64,000 nt of DNA from an uncultured Methylomirabilota bacterium. GTDB taxonomy: Bacteria; Methylomirabilota; Methylomirabilia; Methylomirabilales; 2-02-FULL-66-22. The stretch spans positions 288,001 to 352,000 of the forward strand of contig CAWJSJ010000002.1 of assembly GCA_963845565.1 (NCBI GenBank), written 5' to 3'. Below, piece after piece: positions 28,736-40,461 of this stretch (its first letter is position 1; the number at the start of each line of letters is the position of its first letter). Position numbers and translations under genes: made by a program. Under the pieces are notes generated by a model, which was given only the letters and a program-made list of their open reading frames with translations, was not told the DNA's origin and searched no databases.

Positions 28736-29071
28736 TCATTGGCTGGTCCTCGGCCTTTGAACGCCGCGCTGGTCGGCCGAGCCGAGATGTGCGGGCGGGA
28801 GCACCAGCGAACCCGAGGGGAAGTGCTCCAAGGCGAGCGGGTAGTCCTGGAAGGCGCTGTGGCGGTCCGCAAGGGACGGGTGCCGTGTGTAGCGCGCGTC
28901 GGTGAACAGGGCCGGATCGGTGAACATGACCCAGCGGGCCAGCGCCCGGTTTGCGGCGAAGCGGGCCTCCGCGCTCGAGTGCCGTCGCGCGGCATCCAGT
29001 CCGGCGAGCAGGCCCAGCCCCGCCAGCATGGCGACCAGCAACCCGAAGGCCGCACTCCGACGCAGCCGCAT
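28736..29071 (-). CDS. Small membrane-anchored hypothetical protein
   Basis: N-terminal TM segment; ARYTRHPS, FQD and HFPSGS; overlaps the upstream stop. Confidence 0.65.
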   Translation of the reverse strand: MRLRRSAAFGLLVAMLAGLGLLAGLDAARRHSSAEARFAANRALARWVMFTDPALFTDARYTRHPSLADRHSAFQDYPLALEHFPSGSLVLPPAHLGSADQRGVQRPRTSQ

Positions 29072-29595
29072 CAGTCCAGCCCCTTCAGGACGTCCGCCGT
29101 GACCTCCGCGAAGCGCAGCAGCCGCTTCCCCTTGTGATCGATCATGAACTGCCGCGCCTCCTTCTCGGCGGCAAGAGGAATCAGTTCCCGGCCCATCGGG
29201 CCCAGGACGTCGCTGCCGATGACATACCACGCTGTCCGGCCGTCAATGAGGGTCAGCGAGTAGTAGTCGGTCACGTAGAGGCGCGCGACATCGGCGGCTG
29301 TCCGCCCCGGCGCGTAGGTCCGCAGGTTGAACAGGTACTTGAACATGTCCTTGGCCCCGTCGAACACCGCGTAGGAGCCGTCAGGGTAAATCGCCTGCGC
29401 CACCCAGTCGGGGTACTTGGTCACGAACATCCCACAGACGGGACACTTGTCTGTGGGCTTCGGTTTGACCGGACCGGCTTCCCCGCCCTCCCCGGCGCTC
29501 GCCAGGAGCGCGAGGAGGACGGGGGGGAGGACGGACAGCGAGAGCAGCGCCTGCCGTCGCCCCGGATGACCGCAAGGAGCGGTACCGGGAATCAT
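29071..29595 (-). CDS. nosL: NosL-family copper-binding protein
   Basis: CPVCGM, FDGAKDM, GPMG. Confidence 0.8.
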   Translation of the reverse strand: MIPGTAPCGHPGRRQALLSLSVLPPVLLALLASAGEGGEAGPVKPKPTDKCPVCGMFVTKYPDWVAQAIYPDGSYAVFDGAKDMFKYLFNLRTYAPGRTAADVARLYVTDYYSLTLIDGRTAWYVIGSDVLGPMGRELIPLAAEKEARQFMIDHKGKRLLRFAEVTADVLKGLD

Positions 29596-30218
29596 TTCTT
29601 GTGGTCCATCGACATTTTCTTGCGGCGCTCCTCGCGCATCTTGCGGATCATGGTTACGTCCTGTGCCATGTCCGCATGGGCGGCCAGCAGAGCCTGGTCG
29701 AACTTCATCAGCTCGCCGCCGTGGGCGGCCTGGGCCGCCTTGGCCGCGGCCTCCGAGCCGTAGGCAACCTTGCTGCGCTTGGTCATCACCCCCGGCAGAG
29801 AGCTCCCCACCAAGAAGGTGGCCTGGGCGACCTCGATCAGGGCCTTCTGGTCGCCCTGAGTCGCAAAGTCGGCGACGTAGATCGCCTTGGGTCCGCGATC
29901 GACGTTCAGGGACAGGCTGATGGCCGCGCAGTGGAGCGAGCACGTGCCGTCGGGCAGGTCGTCGCTGTAGTGCACCAGCATCCGCGAATGGTGGAACTGG
30001 CCGCGGCTCATCCCGCAGTAGGGGCACGCCGGGTACTTGGCAATGTCGTTCTGCATCGGCGTCGGATCGGCCGGCTTCTTGGGGACGAACTGCATCGGCG
30101 TCCCGTCGGCGGGGCAGGTCGCCGGCTGGGCGTGCCCCCCATGCTGGGCGTGCGACGCCGTGGCGGCCAACACGCCGGCTCCTGCCAGGGCCAATCTCAG
30201 AATGTCTCGTCGCTGCAT
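29592..30218 (-). CDS. nosL: NosL-family protein with Tat signal
   Basis: MQRRDILRL, CPYCGM, CSLHC, PGVM. Confidence 0.8.
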   Translation of the reverse strand: MQRRDILRLALAGAGVLAATASHAQHGGHAQPATCPADGTPMQFVPKKPADPTPMQNDIAKYPACPYCGMSRGQFHHSRMLVHYSDDLPDGTCSLHCAAISLSLNVDRGPKAIYVADFATQGDQKALIEVAQATFLVGSSLPGVMTKRSKVAYGSEAAAKAAQAAHGGELMKFDQALLAAHADMAQDVTMIRKMREERRKKMSMDHKK

Positions 30219-30274
30219 GGTTTACGCTCCTTCCGTGTGTGTTGATGGCCGTCGGCCCCTCGGTTCCTCCCTCA

Positions 30275-33200
30275 TCAAGGGCTCGGTCCGATCTGTCTTT
30301 TCACCTCGCGCCATTTCCAGACCTGGTAGATCGGCGGGTAGACCACCAGCTCCAGCACGAACGACGTGAAGATGCCGCCGATCATCGGCGCGGCGATCCG
30401 CTTCATCACGTCGGCGCCGGCCCCGATGGACCACATGATCGGGACCAGCCCCAGGAACATCGTGGCCACCGTCATGAACTTGGGCCGGAGCCGCTTGACC
30501 GCGCCGTCCAGGATCGCCGTCCTGCAGGTCGGCCAGGCTGCGCAGGCGCCCCTCCCGCTTCGCCTGCTCGTACGCCAGGTCCAGGTAGAGCAGCATGAAG
30601 ACGCCGGTCTCGGCGTCCACGCCCAGCAGCGCGATCAGGCCCACCCAGACGCCGATGCTCATGTTGTAGCCGAGCAGGTACAGGAACCAGATCGCGCCGA
30701 CCGCGGAGAACGGCACGGCCAGCACGATGATGCAGGTCTTCGTCACCGACCGCGTGTTCAGGTAGAGCAGGAGGAAGATGAGGAACAGCGTCAGGGGAAT
30801 CACCACCTCCAGCCGTGCCTTGACCCGCTGCATGGCCTCGTACTGGCCGCTCCAGGCGACGGCGTAGCCCGGCGGGAGCTTCACCTTGTCCCGCAGCAGG
30901 CGCTCGGCCTCCTCGACGTAGCTGCCCGGATCGCGGCCGGCCACGTCCACGTACACGTAGCCGGTGAGCAGCCCGTCCTCGTTGCGGATCATGGACGGCC
31001 CGCTGGCCACCTTGATGGTGGCGAGTTGGGACAGCGGGATCTGCCGCTGCCCGCCCGAGGCGGGCACCAGGACGCGGCCCAACGCGCCGAGGTCGCTGCG
31101 GAAGTCGCGCATGTAGCGGACGTTGACCGGGTAGCGCTCGCGGCCCTCGATCGTGGTGGTCACGTTCTCGCCGCCGATGGCGTTGGCGACCACCGCCTGG
31201 GCCTCGTCGATGCTCAGGCCGTAGCGGGCCAGCTCCTCGCGGTTCCACTCGAAGTCCAGGAAGTAGCCGCCGCCGGTCCGCTCGGCGAAGACGCTGCGGG
31301 TGCCCGGCACCTGCGGCAGGAGCGCCTCGATCTGGGCGCCGATCTCCTCGATGGCCTTCAGGTCGGCGCCGGAGATCTTGAGGCCCACCGGCGTCCGGAC
31401 TCCCGTGGTCAGCATGTCGATGCGGCCCTTGATCGGCATGGTCCAGGCGTTGGAGACGCCGGGGATCTGCAGCGCCTCGTTCATCCGGCTCGACCAGCTG
31501 CTCGGTGGGAGATGTGGTCCGGCGTGATGTGCCGGAAGACCGCCTTGGCCCACTCCGGCGCCCACGCCGAGTACCAGGTGTCGACCTTGCGCCACTCGGA
31601 CTTGGGCTTGAGGATGATGACCGTCTCCAGCATGGAGAGCGGCGCGGGATCGGTGGACGTCTCGGCCCGGCCCGCCTTGCCCAGGACCCGGTCCACCTCG
31701 GGGAACTGCTTGATGATCCGGTCGGTGACCTGGAGCAGCTTCTGCGCCTCGGCGATGGAGATGCCCGGCATGGTGGAGGGCATGTAGAGCAGCGCGCCCT
31801 CGTCCAGCGGCGGCATGAACTCGGAGCCGAGCCGCTGGTAGACCGGAATCGTGACCAGGACCAGGGCGCAGCGCCCGCCGATCACCACCCACTTCCAGCG
31901 GAGCGCCCATGCGCCACGGGCTCGTACAGCCGGATCAGGACGCGGCTGACGGGATGCCGCTCTTCGGAGTGGATCGTCCCCACCAGCACGGCGTTGGCGG
32001 TCCGGCACAGCCAGCGCGGGCGGAACGCGAAGGGGTGCAGGCGGGTGAACAGCAGCCGCAGGGCCGGGTCGAGCGTGATGGCCAGGACGGCGGCCACGAT
32101 CATGGCCAGGTTCTTGGTGTAGGCCAGCGGCTTGAACAGCCGGCCTTCCTGCGCCTCCAGGGTCAGCACGGGCAGGAAGGAAACGGCGATCACCAGCAGG
32201 GCGAAGAAGCTCGGTCCGCCGACCTCCTTCACGGCCCGGATGATCACCGACCGGTAGTCCTCGCTTCGTCCGCTCCGCTCCCACTCCTCCAGCTTCTTGT
32301 GGGTCTGCTCCACCACCACGATGGCGGCGTCCACCATGGCGCCGATGGCGATGGCGATGCCGCCGAGCGACATGATGTTGGCGGTGAGGCCCATCAGCCG
32401 GAACGGGATGAACGAGATGAGGACGGCGAACGGGAATGGTGATGATCGGGATGATGGCGCTGGGGATGTGCCAGAGGAAGAGGAGGATCACCAGCGCGAC
32501 GGTGACGACGATCTCGATCAGCGTGGACTTCAGGTTGTCGATGGAGCGCAGGATCAGCTCGGACCGGTCGTAGACGGGGACGATCTTGACGCCCGGCGGC
32601 AGGCCGGGCTCGATCTCCTTGAGCTTGGCCTTGACGCGCTCGATGACGTCCAGGGCGTTCTCGCCCTGGCGCATGACGACGATGCCGGAGACCACGTCGC
32701 CCGTCCCGTCCAGGTCGGCGACGCCGCGGCGGATGTCCGGGCCCAGCACCACCTGGCCGACGTCCTTGATCCGGATGGGCGTGCCGCTCTCGCTGGCCGT
32801 GAGGACGATCTGCTCGATGTCCTCGAGCGACTTGGCGTAGCCGCGCCCGCGCACCATGTACTCGGTGCCGCCGAACTCGATCAGGCGGCCGCCGACATCG
32901 TTGTTGCCGCCGCGCACCGCCTCCACCACCCGGTTGATCGGGATGTTGTAGGCCTGCAGCCGGTTCGGGTCCACGTTCACCTGGTACTGCCGCACGAAGC
33001 CGCCGATGGGCGCCACCTCGGCCACGCCGGGCACGGACTTCAGGTGGTAGCGCAGATACCAGTCCTGGTACGAGCGCAGGTCCGCCAGGCTGTGCTTGCC
33101 GGTCTTGTCGACCAGCGCGTACTGGAAGACCCAGCCGAGGCCGGTGGCGTCCGGCCCCAGTTCGGTCTTCACGCCCTGCGGGCAGGCGCGGCAGACGCCG

Positions 33201-33543
33201 TGGAGAGATACTCCAGCGTGCGCGAGCGCGCCCAGTAGATGTCGGTGCCGTCCTCGAAGATGATGTAGACGTAGGAGTAGCCGAAGTCGGAGAAGCCGCG
33301 CACGGCCTTCACCTTCGGCGCGCCCAGCATGGCGGTGACGATGGGGTAGGTGACCTGGTCCTCGATGATGTCGGGGCTGCGGTCCCAGCGCGAGTAGACG
33401 ATCACCTGCGTGTCGCTCAGGTCCGGGATGGCGTCGAGCGGCACGTGCCGCATGGACCACCAGCCCACGATCCCGGCCGCCGCCACCAGCAGGAAGACGA
33501 TGAACTTGTTGTTGGCGGAGAACTCGATGATGCGGTTAATCAT
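30275..33543 (-). CDS. cusA: CusA/CzcA heavy-metal RND pump, broken by about 5 frameshifts
   Basis: DAIPDLSD, LGPDATGLGW, GAMVDAAIV, EFMPPLDEG, MPIKGRIDML, MKRIAAPMIGG spread over successive frames. Confidence 0.9.
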
Positions 33544-35200
33544 GGCGGGCATGGCTATGGTTCAGAGCATAGCGCATGGGGCATGGCGCATAGCGTCGAC
33601 TCTGTTCTTGGCGCTTTACCCTGCGCTTAGCGCTTCGCATCTGCTGCCGCTGCCCCCTGCTGCTGCCAGCTACTTTCCCGCGGATGGCGGCGGCGGGTGC
33701 CGTGGCCGGCGGGGATTCTTTGGCCTTCGCGGTTGCGCCCTCCCACTGGGCCGCGCTCAGGCGCTTCCCCGCGGGCGTGGCCGGCTCCTTGCCGGATTTC
33801 CCGGCGTACCGCGTCGGCTCCTTGTCGAATTTCACCTTGTCCTCGTCCGCGCAGAAGTAATAGGTCTGCCCCCGGAACTCGCTCGTCAGGCCGGCCGCCT
33901 TGGCCTTGGTTTGGTCCACCTCCATCCCGCAGACCGGGCACTCACTGGACTCGCCGGTGATCCCGGCGGCCGCCGCCTTCATCCGGCTCTCGGAGTCGAT
34001 CAGGAAGGTGCCCGAGACGACGATCTTCTCCCCCGGCATCAGCCCCTTGACGATCTCGACCTGGTCGCCGTCGCGCCACCCGGTCTCGACCTTGCGCGGC
34101 TCGAAGACCCCGTTGCCCTTGTCCACGTAGACGGTCTTCTTGATGCCGGAATCCACGACCGCATCCGCGGGCACGGTCATGGCTGGGGGCCAACGTTGAC
34201 CGGGAGCTCGACGTCCACGAACATGTCGGGCCGCAGGAGCAAGCCGGGGTTGTCGGCCTCGAGCCGGACCTTCAGCGTGCGGCTGGCCGGGTCGAACCTG
34301 GGGGAGGACATTGGCCACGCGGGCGGAGAAGGTCTTCTTCAGGTTGCGGGGCGACACCCGCACCGGCATCCCGGGCTTGAACGCCGAGGCCTCGGTCTCG
34401 AAGAGTGTCGGCCACGATCCAGACCTTCGCCAGGTCAGCGATCCGGTAGAGCTCGGTTCCCTTTTCGAAGCGCTGGCCGGGCGAGAGGTTCCGGGCCAGG
34501 ATGAAGCCGGCCGCCGGCGCTCGGATCTCGATGTTGTCCGCACCGCTGCCGGTGTCTGCAGGATCTCGTCCATCTGATGCTCGGTCATCCCCAGGTTGCG
34601 GAGGGAGTTTCGGTAGTTCTCAATGTTGGCGCCGGTCTGCTCGAGTTGCTCCTTGGTCTCCTTGCGCTCGCCTCGAACCGGTCCAGCGTATCGCAAACCA
34701 AAGAGATAGGCCTGCATCGCCGAGAAGAACTCTGGGGCATAAAAAGTGGCCAGCAGTTCGTCCTTCTGGACCAGACTGTCGGTGGTGACAGGGAGGATCT
34801 TCTTGACCCATCCGTCGGTGGCGGAGTTGATCCGGTAGATGCGGGTCTCGTCGGGGACGACCCGCCCCAGCACCCGGAGGGTGTGGCTCCCGGGGGCCTT
34901 TTCCACCGTCGCCACCTTGACGCCGATCAGCTGCTGCTTTTCGGGACTCACGCTCACGGTCCCGGGGGCAGACCCGCAGCGCCGCCCGACCCGCCCATGC
35001 GCCGTCCTCGTAGACCGGCACCAGTTCCATCCCGCAGTCCGGCGCGATGCCCGGCTTGTCGGACTTGTACGCCGGGTGCATGGGGTCTACGTAGTACAGG
35101 ACCTTGCGGACTGTCGGATGCGGTGACCGCAACCCTGTTGCGCTGGCGTGTACCAGGAACCGGCGAGAAATGACCCGACGGAGCAGGAGGAGCAAGAGAA
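33536..35200 (-). CDS. cusB: CusB-like RND membrane fusion protein with heavy-metal-binding and YHS domains, frameshifted
   Basis: YYVDPMHP...PDCGMELVP, FLIDSES, CPVCGM...YYFC; both ends approximate. Confidence 0.82.
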
Positions 35201-35445
35201 CCGTTTCAAGTGATTCTATCTCAGTTACGGTCCGTGTTCATGAGGAAAGGACGCGCATTCGCTTCCCAATGATATCCTAGATGGCAACTGCTCATCTAGG
35301 CACAGTCAAGTCCTGTCTTCGTCAGGAGATGTATCGAAACCAGTGGCCCCAGAACACGAAGCCCCGCACGCGGTCCCGCGGGGCTTGTTGTGTCTGCCCC
35401 GGCGCCGAAGCGCCGGGGCTGGACTGAAGCTGGCCACGTCACTCG

Positions 35446-37710
35446 TTGTCGCCCTGGTATTTTCTCTACAGTACACCACCAGCGGCCTGCATCATGTCGT
35501 GTTCTTCGTGCTCCAGGATGTGGCAGTGCCACACGTACTCGTTGCCGCCGGTCCGCGGGCTCGGGCGGGCCGTTCGTGATGGGCAACTGACGTTGATGCC
35601 TCTTTCGTGGTCACGATCTTGCACGATCGGCAGGTCGAACTTCATGATGACCCTGGTCACCGTGCCCGGGTACATCGGCACCGTCTCCTTCCACCCCAGC
35701 TCTTGTCGTCGGGCGGGAGTGACGGGACCGGTGACATTAGTGACGGGGACCAACGGTCAGATCGAACAGCCTGCCGGTTGATGACCTGGACGTTCACCAG
35801 GTGGAAGTGCATCGGGTGCACGTCGCCGGTGGGGTTGTAGATCTCCCAGACCTCCGTGTCGCCAGCCTGGACACGCTCTCGGTGGCCCCGGCATCCGTCG
35901 TACGGCCCATTGCCGATAACCGGCTGTACCATCCAAGGGTGAACCGAGGGCGCCAGTCATCGCCGAGCATCTGGATGAGCCGGCCGTAGGCGTCGAAGTC
36001 CTCGTTCAGGGTCAGGAAGCGCGGTGTGAGCCGGAGGAGGCAGTGGATCCGGTCACCCCACGGCGGTCGAGTGAACGTGGATCGATGCCATCCGCTCAGG
36101 TCGGTGCTCGTGTTGATCGTCAGCGGCGAGATCGGGTTGCGCTGGTCGCCGCAACCACGTTGAACCGCATGAGGACCCGGGTGTTGGGGCCGAAGCCGGG
36201 CGGCGTGGTTCGCGTTGACCGGGTTGTCCTTCAACGTTCAAGCCCGGGAAGTAGTCGTCACGGTCGTCCCCGCATGGGAACGGGGCCGGGCGCGTCGTTG
36301 TAAAGGATGACGCTCTTCCCCGGCATACCCGCTGAAGTCGACGATGACGTCGGGCCGTTCCGCCGGCGCCACGAGCAGCGACCTCTGAATCGAGACGGGA
36401 TGACCGGTCCGGCTGGGTCGGATCACGACCGGATCGGGACATTGCTCGGGACCTTTACCGGGTTTGCCAGGAAGCCCCCCTCGGTGCCGATCTGCAGCCA
36501 GGATGAGTCTCCTGTGGCAGCGTTCACGAACGGTGTGTTGGTCGGGACGCCGTTCGGCATCCAGCGTGATCCCGTTCGGGCTGCCGTCGTCGACATAGAG
36601 CTGCAGGTTGAGGAACCGGGCGTTGCAGGCGTTGAGGAGCCGCAGGCGGTAGCGCCGCGCCTCGACGGTGGCCTGCGGGAAGGTCGTGCCGTTGACCAGC
36701 ATGGTGTCGCCGAAGAACTCGGGGATGCACGATGGATCCGGGAGTGGCAGCCCTCCCGGCGCCAGTTCCCAGCGGCCGGTGCCATGCTGGTTCGGTTCGT
36801 AGGTGTGGGCATACCAGAGGCTGCCGGGCCTCGTGGCGGCCGTTTGTACGATGCCGCTCCATGTCGGGTCTTTGCTGCTGATGTCCGGACCGACGAAGAT
36901 CTTGTCCTGGATGACGAGCGGGATCTCGTTGCCGCCGGCCTCGATGTAGTTGGGCAGGCCCTGGTTGATGAGGCCCGCTTCGAAAGTGTCGCGGATCAGG
37001 ACGCCGGAGGCAATCCCGGCATAGGCATTCAGCCGGGTGATGCCAAGGCGTGGTCGTGGTACCACATGAACCGGGCGCTCTGGTTCATGGGATAGTAGTA
37101 TTCGGCGGCGCCGGGAAGGGCGAACGGATTCAGGACCTGGTTGTTCAGGAAGCTCAGCCCGTGCCTCCCGTAGGGGTCAAACCAGTCGAACGGGCCGCCG
37201 TCGCTGATCCAGGGGACCAGGCCACCGTGGAGGTGCACGGCTGTCCGGTTGATCGCCTGGTTCGCGCCCGGTATGGTCGTATCGACCGGGATGATGTGCT
37301 TTTTCACGAAGAGCAGGTTGTGGAAGGTGATCTGGATCGGCTTTCCCTTTTGGGCGACGATGATCCCGCCCAGGTGGGTTGGGGTGATGTTCCCGCCCAA
37401 TCCCCGGAGCGGGTTGTAGCCCCACAGGGTCGTCGGGCCAAGAGTCGGGCATAATCTGGTCCTGAAACTGCCTGATGATCATCTTGTAATGCGTAACACC
37501 CGTGACGGGTGCTGGCAAGAGACCCGGGATGGCATACCGGGATCCCTCCCGGGCCAACACCGCGCAACGTCGTTTGGAAAAGGGGGATCTTCGGGCTGTA
37601 GGCAAAGGCGTACGCCCGTGCCCGCGCGGGGTCAGCAGAATTCCCGACGCCGCCAGGCCGCCGCGGCTCCCGCGGTGAGCCTTGATGAATTGTCGTCTAC
37701 TGACCTTCAT
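35446..37710 (-). CDS. Tat-exported multicopper oxidase (CotA/bilirubin oxidase-like), heavily frameshifted
   Basis: SRRQFIK; all four copper motifs HLHG, WYHDH, HPMHFH, HCHILEHEEHDMM in different frames; 3' end approximate. Confidence 0.88.
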
Positions 37711-37736
37711 TGCATTCCCTCCTCGCGTTCGTGCGT

Positions 37737-38315
37737 TCATTTGCCAGGAATGTTTGCCGCGCCTTTCGCGCTCCCCTCCTCACCCTCCTTTCCGGCCGCG
37801 CGATGCGCGCGGAGTCTTGCGTGAGCTTGCGTACCCTTCTTTCTTGGTGCTCCGCACGCGCGCTTTCTCCCGGATCGGCCGTCATCGCCATTGCGACCCG
37901 ATTCGGGCTGAGAAAGCATCGAGGCCTTCGGATGAGGCTGATCCGGCCCCGGAATATGCGACTTGCCGACCCCCTGGATCGCCTTGACCAGATCGGCGGG
38001 GTCGGTGGCGGCCATGCGATTCCGCTGGTACACCGTGGCGGAGTCGTGGTCCAGGCTCAGCGTCACGACCCGGCCGCCGGTGGCACTGTGCAGGAACGCC
38101 CCCAGACGCATCGGCTGGTGCTTCCCCGTGCACTCCTCCACGATGATCACCTCGGGCTTCAGGGATTGCACCGCCTTCAGCGCCTTGGCCACATCGCTTT
38201 CCATGCCCACAATCTGCACGGCGCGCCGCGTCTCCAGCACGCTCCGCACCCCCTGGGCGAAGAGCCCGTGGTGATACACGATGTAGGTCCGGCACGGGGA
38301 GGCGGCGGTCATCAT
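37737..38315 (-). CDS. Stand-alone pseudo-receiver (REC-like) protein
   Basis: NarL-like pattern IVYHHGLFAQGVRSVL...PEVIIVE...DLVKAI with no HTH. Confidence 0.6.
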   Translation of the reverse strand: MMTAASPCRTYIVYHHGLFAQGVRSVLETRRAVQIVGMESDVAKALKAVQSLKPEVIIVEECTGKHQPMRLGAFLHSATGGRVVTLSLDHDSATVYQRNRMAATDPADLVKAIQGVGKSHIPGPDQPHPKASMLSQPESGRNGDDGRSGRKRACGAPRKKGTQAHARLRAHRAAGKEGEEGSAKGAANIPGK

Positions 38316-38682
38316 TGGAAAGAGACCCCACTCCAGATTATAGGAAATATACGCCGTTCCGCATCCCCGTCTATCCCCCAACCGGCACGTTTTCGTTGAT
38401 ATAGATGGCCATTCCCGCGTGGCCATTTCGAGCTAACGGGATCGGCAGCCTCCTGCTTCAAGAGTCCGGGCGAAACCATTGCGAGACCGATAATTGACAA
38501 TTTCAAACCGAACAAGGGGATGCCACCGGCACTGGCAGGTTGTCGGTTTCCCATTTTTCAATCCCGGTCACTGCTCAATTCCCTGGATTGATCATTGATT
38601 GAGGTGCCGTATCTGACGACCGAGCGGAAGGAAGACGGTCAGGCGGTATTCTTCGGCGGCGCTTCAAAATCTACGAGGACGT

Positions 38683-39702
38683 CTAAGGGGACGTTGGTTC
38701 TAAAACGCTTTTTATGGCATCCTCCAATCCGACTGCCTGCACCCCCGCGGCCAATCGGTTCACCGCTGAGGTGCCCACCCCGAGGAACCGAGCCACATCC
38801 GCCCCGGCGTGTCCGCCGTGCTTCACAGCAATCTGACAAAAGAGCTTTCTTGCACCACTGATGTGTCGCGCCTTGCTGCCGGATCGTAACTCGGCGCCGG
38901 AAATTCCCGTCTGCCGTATCACGATCACTGCGAGATCATCAAGGGTTGGGGCCTGCCGTCGAAGACGAATGGTCTGTCGCACCCGCTCTTCGGCCTCGCT
39001 GACCAGGCGTTCCGCAAACTCGCCGCCGCCCAGAATGCGCTCATCCGCAGCCGCGGTCACCCCTCGGCGCCGTAACGCTACCACGTGCGCCCAACCGCCT
39101 GCGCTGCGAACCAGTCCGCCACCGACCAATTCCGGCCTGCGACCCCGAGCAATCCCTTCAAGTACGAACGCCTCGTATCGCCGCACGGCCTCCTTGGTCC
39201 GCGCGCCGAACCGGGCGAGAATCTCCCCCACGTCTTGCCATTCACGCGATACCTGGCCCACGAGAGCCGAGTGGCCACCCCAGGGGTAATTCCCCAACTC
39301 TTCGGAGTCACGCACCAAACCGGCGCGCAGAGGGTTGAGGTGAATGTAGCGGGTCAACTCCAGCAGGTAGGGTTCGTCCTCACAGACAATGGATTTGTAC
39401 CGGTTCTGGAACAGGTGACCGAATCGCCGATAGCGGTGGTTGAAGTTGACAACATATCCCGTGAGCAATTGCCGCATGCTCTTCGCAAGCGGCTGGCCGG
39501 CGGTCCGGACAAGCAGATGGAAGTGCGTGGGAAGAAGAGCCCAGGCATAGACGCGCAGCGCTCCGCCGCGCCACAAGTCAGCGATCCGGTTCAGGAAGTC
39601 CGTCCGATCTCCGTCTGTGCGGAAGATCGCGGCTCCCTCGATCCCTCGGCCGATCACATGATGGAGCGCCCCGGGCGCATCGAGTCTCGCGTGACGTGGC
39701 AT
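38683..39702 (-). CDS. RAYT/Y1 HUH tyrosine transposase with C-terminal HTH
   Basis: MPRHAR, HVIGRG, HFHLL (HUH), GHLFQNRY, RYIHLNP (catalytic Tyr). Confidence 0.92.
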   Translation of the reverse strand: MPRHARLDAPGALHHVIGRGIEGAAIFRTDGDRTDFLNRIADLWRGGALRVYAWALLPTHFHLLVRTAGQPLAKSMRQLLTGYVVNFNHRYRRFGHLFQNRYKSIVCEDEPYLLELTRYIHLNPLRAGLVRDSEELGNYPWGGHSALVGQVSREWQDVGEILARFGARTKEAVRRYEAFVLEGIARGRRPELVGGGLVRSAGGWAHVVALRRRGVTAAADERILGGGEFAERLVSEAEERVRQTIRLRRQAPTLDDLAVIVIRQTGISGAELRSGSKARHISGARKLFCQIAVKHGGHAGADVARFLGVGTSAVNRLAAGVQAVGLEDAIKSVLEPTSP

Positions 39703-39760
39703 GCCGGCATTGTATGGTAACGACGGTTACGATTCAAGTCGTTTTAGAACCAACGTCCCC
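38687..39760 (-). mobile_element. Tyrosine-transposase element with perfect 21-bp terminal inverted repeats
   Basis: GGGGACGTTGGTTCTAAAACG at 38687-38707 and its exact reverse complement at 39740-39760; TAA on both outer flanks. Confidence 0.88.
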
Positions 39761-39776
39761 TAATGACAGGAGAGGG

Positions 39777-40461
39777 TCAGGCGTTCTTTTTGGGCGACTT
39801 GCCCACCAACCCTTGGCGGAGAGCGTAGGTGGCGGCCTGGACGCGGTTCTCCAGGTGGAGCTTCTCGAGGATGTTCTTGAGGTGGTTCTTGACCGTATTC
39901 TCGGCGACGCCGAGCGCGGCGGCGATCTCCTTGTTGCTCTTGCCCTGCGCCACGAGGCCCAGGACCTCGTGCTCGCGCGGGCTCAGTTCCGGGCTGCGGC
40001 CCGCCGCAGATTCGGCCCGATTCGCCTGCCGGCTGAACTCTCCCATCAGCTTGGCCGCCATCAGGCGAGAGATGGACGCTTCGCCCTGGGCCACCCCGCG
40101 CAGCGTGTCGAACAAGGCGCGCGGCTCGATCTTCTTGAGCAGGTAGCCCTGGGCGCCGTTCTTGACCGCCTCGAAGAGATTCTGGTCCGCTTCCTCGACC
40201 GTGAGGATCACGACCCGGACGTGCGGCAGCTCCGTCTTTGATCCGTTGCGTCGCCTCCAGCCCATCTACTTCCGGCATCGAGAGGTCCATGAGGACGATA
40301 TCCGGCATCAGGTCACGTGCCTTCTCGATCGCCTCCCGCCCGTTGGCGGCTTCCCCGACCACCTCGAACCCGGCTTCGGCGGACAAGAGGCTTACGATCC
40401 CCCTCCGGAACAGGGCGTGATCATCCACCACCAGGACACGAATGGGCGACGGACTGCTCAT
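39777..40461 (-). CDS. NarL/LuxR response regulator, frameshifted near 40240
   Basis: VVDDH, VLMD, GYLLK, LSPRE...SNKEIA...TVKNH. Confidence 0.9.

Noticed and set aside
29071..30218. N2O reductase (nos) cluster
   Set aside because: No nosZ, nosD or nosR in the window
38400..38560. Repeated CCATT/GGCCATT words as NarL-type sites
   Set aside because: Too short and irregularly spaced to support
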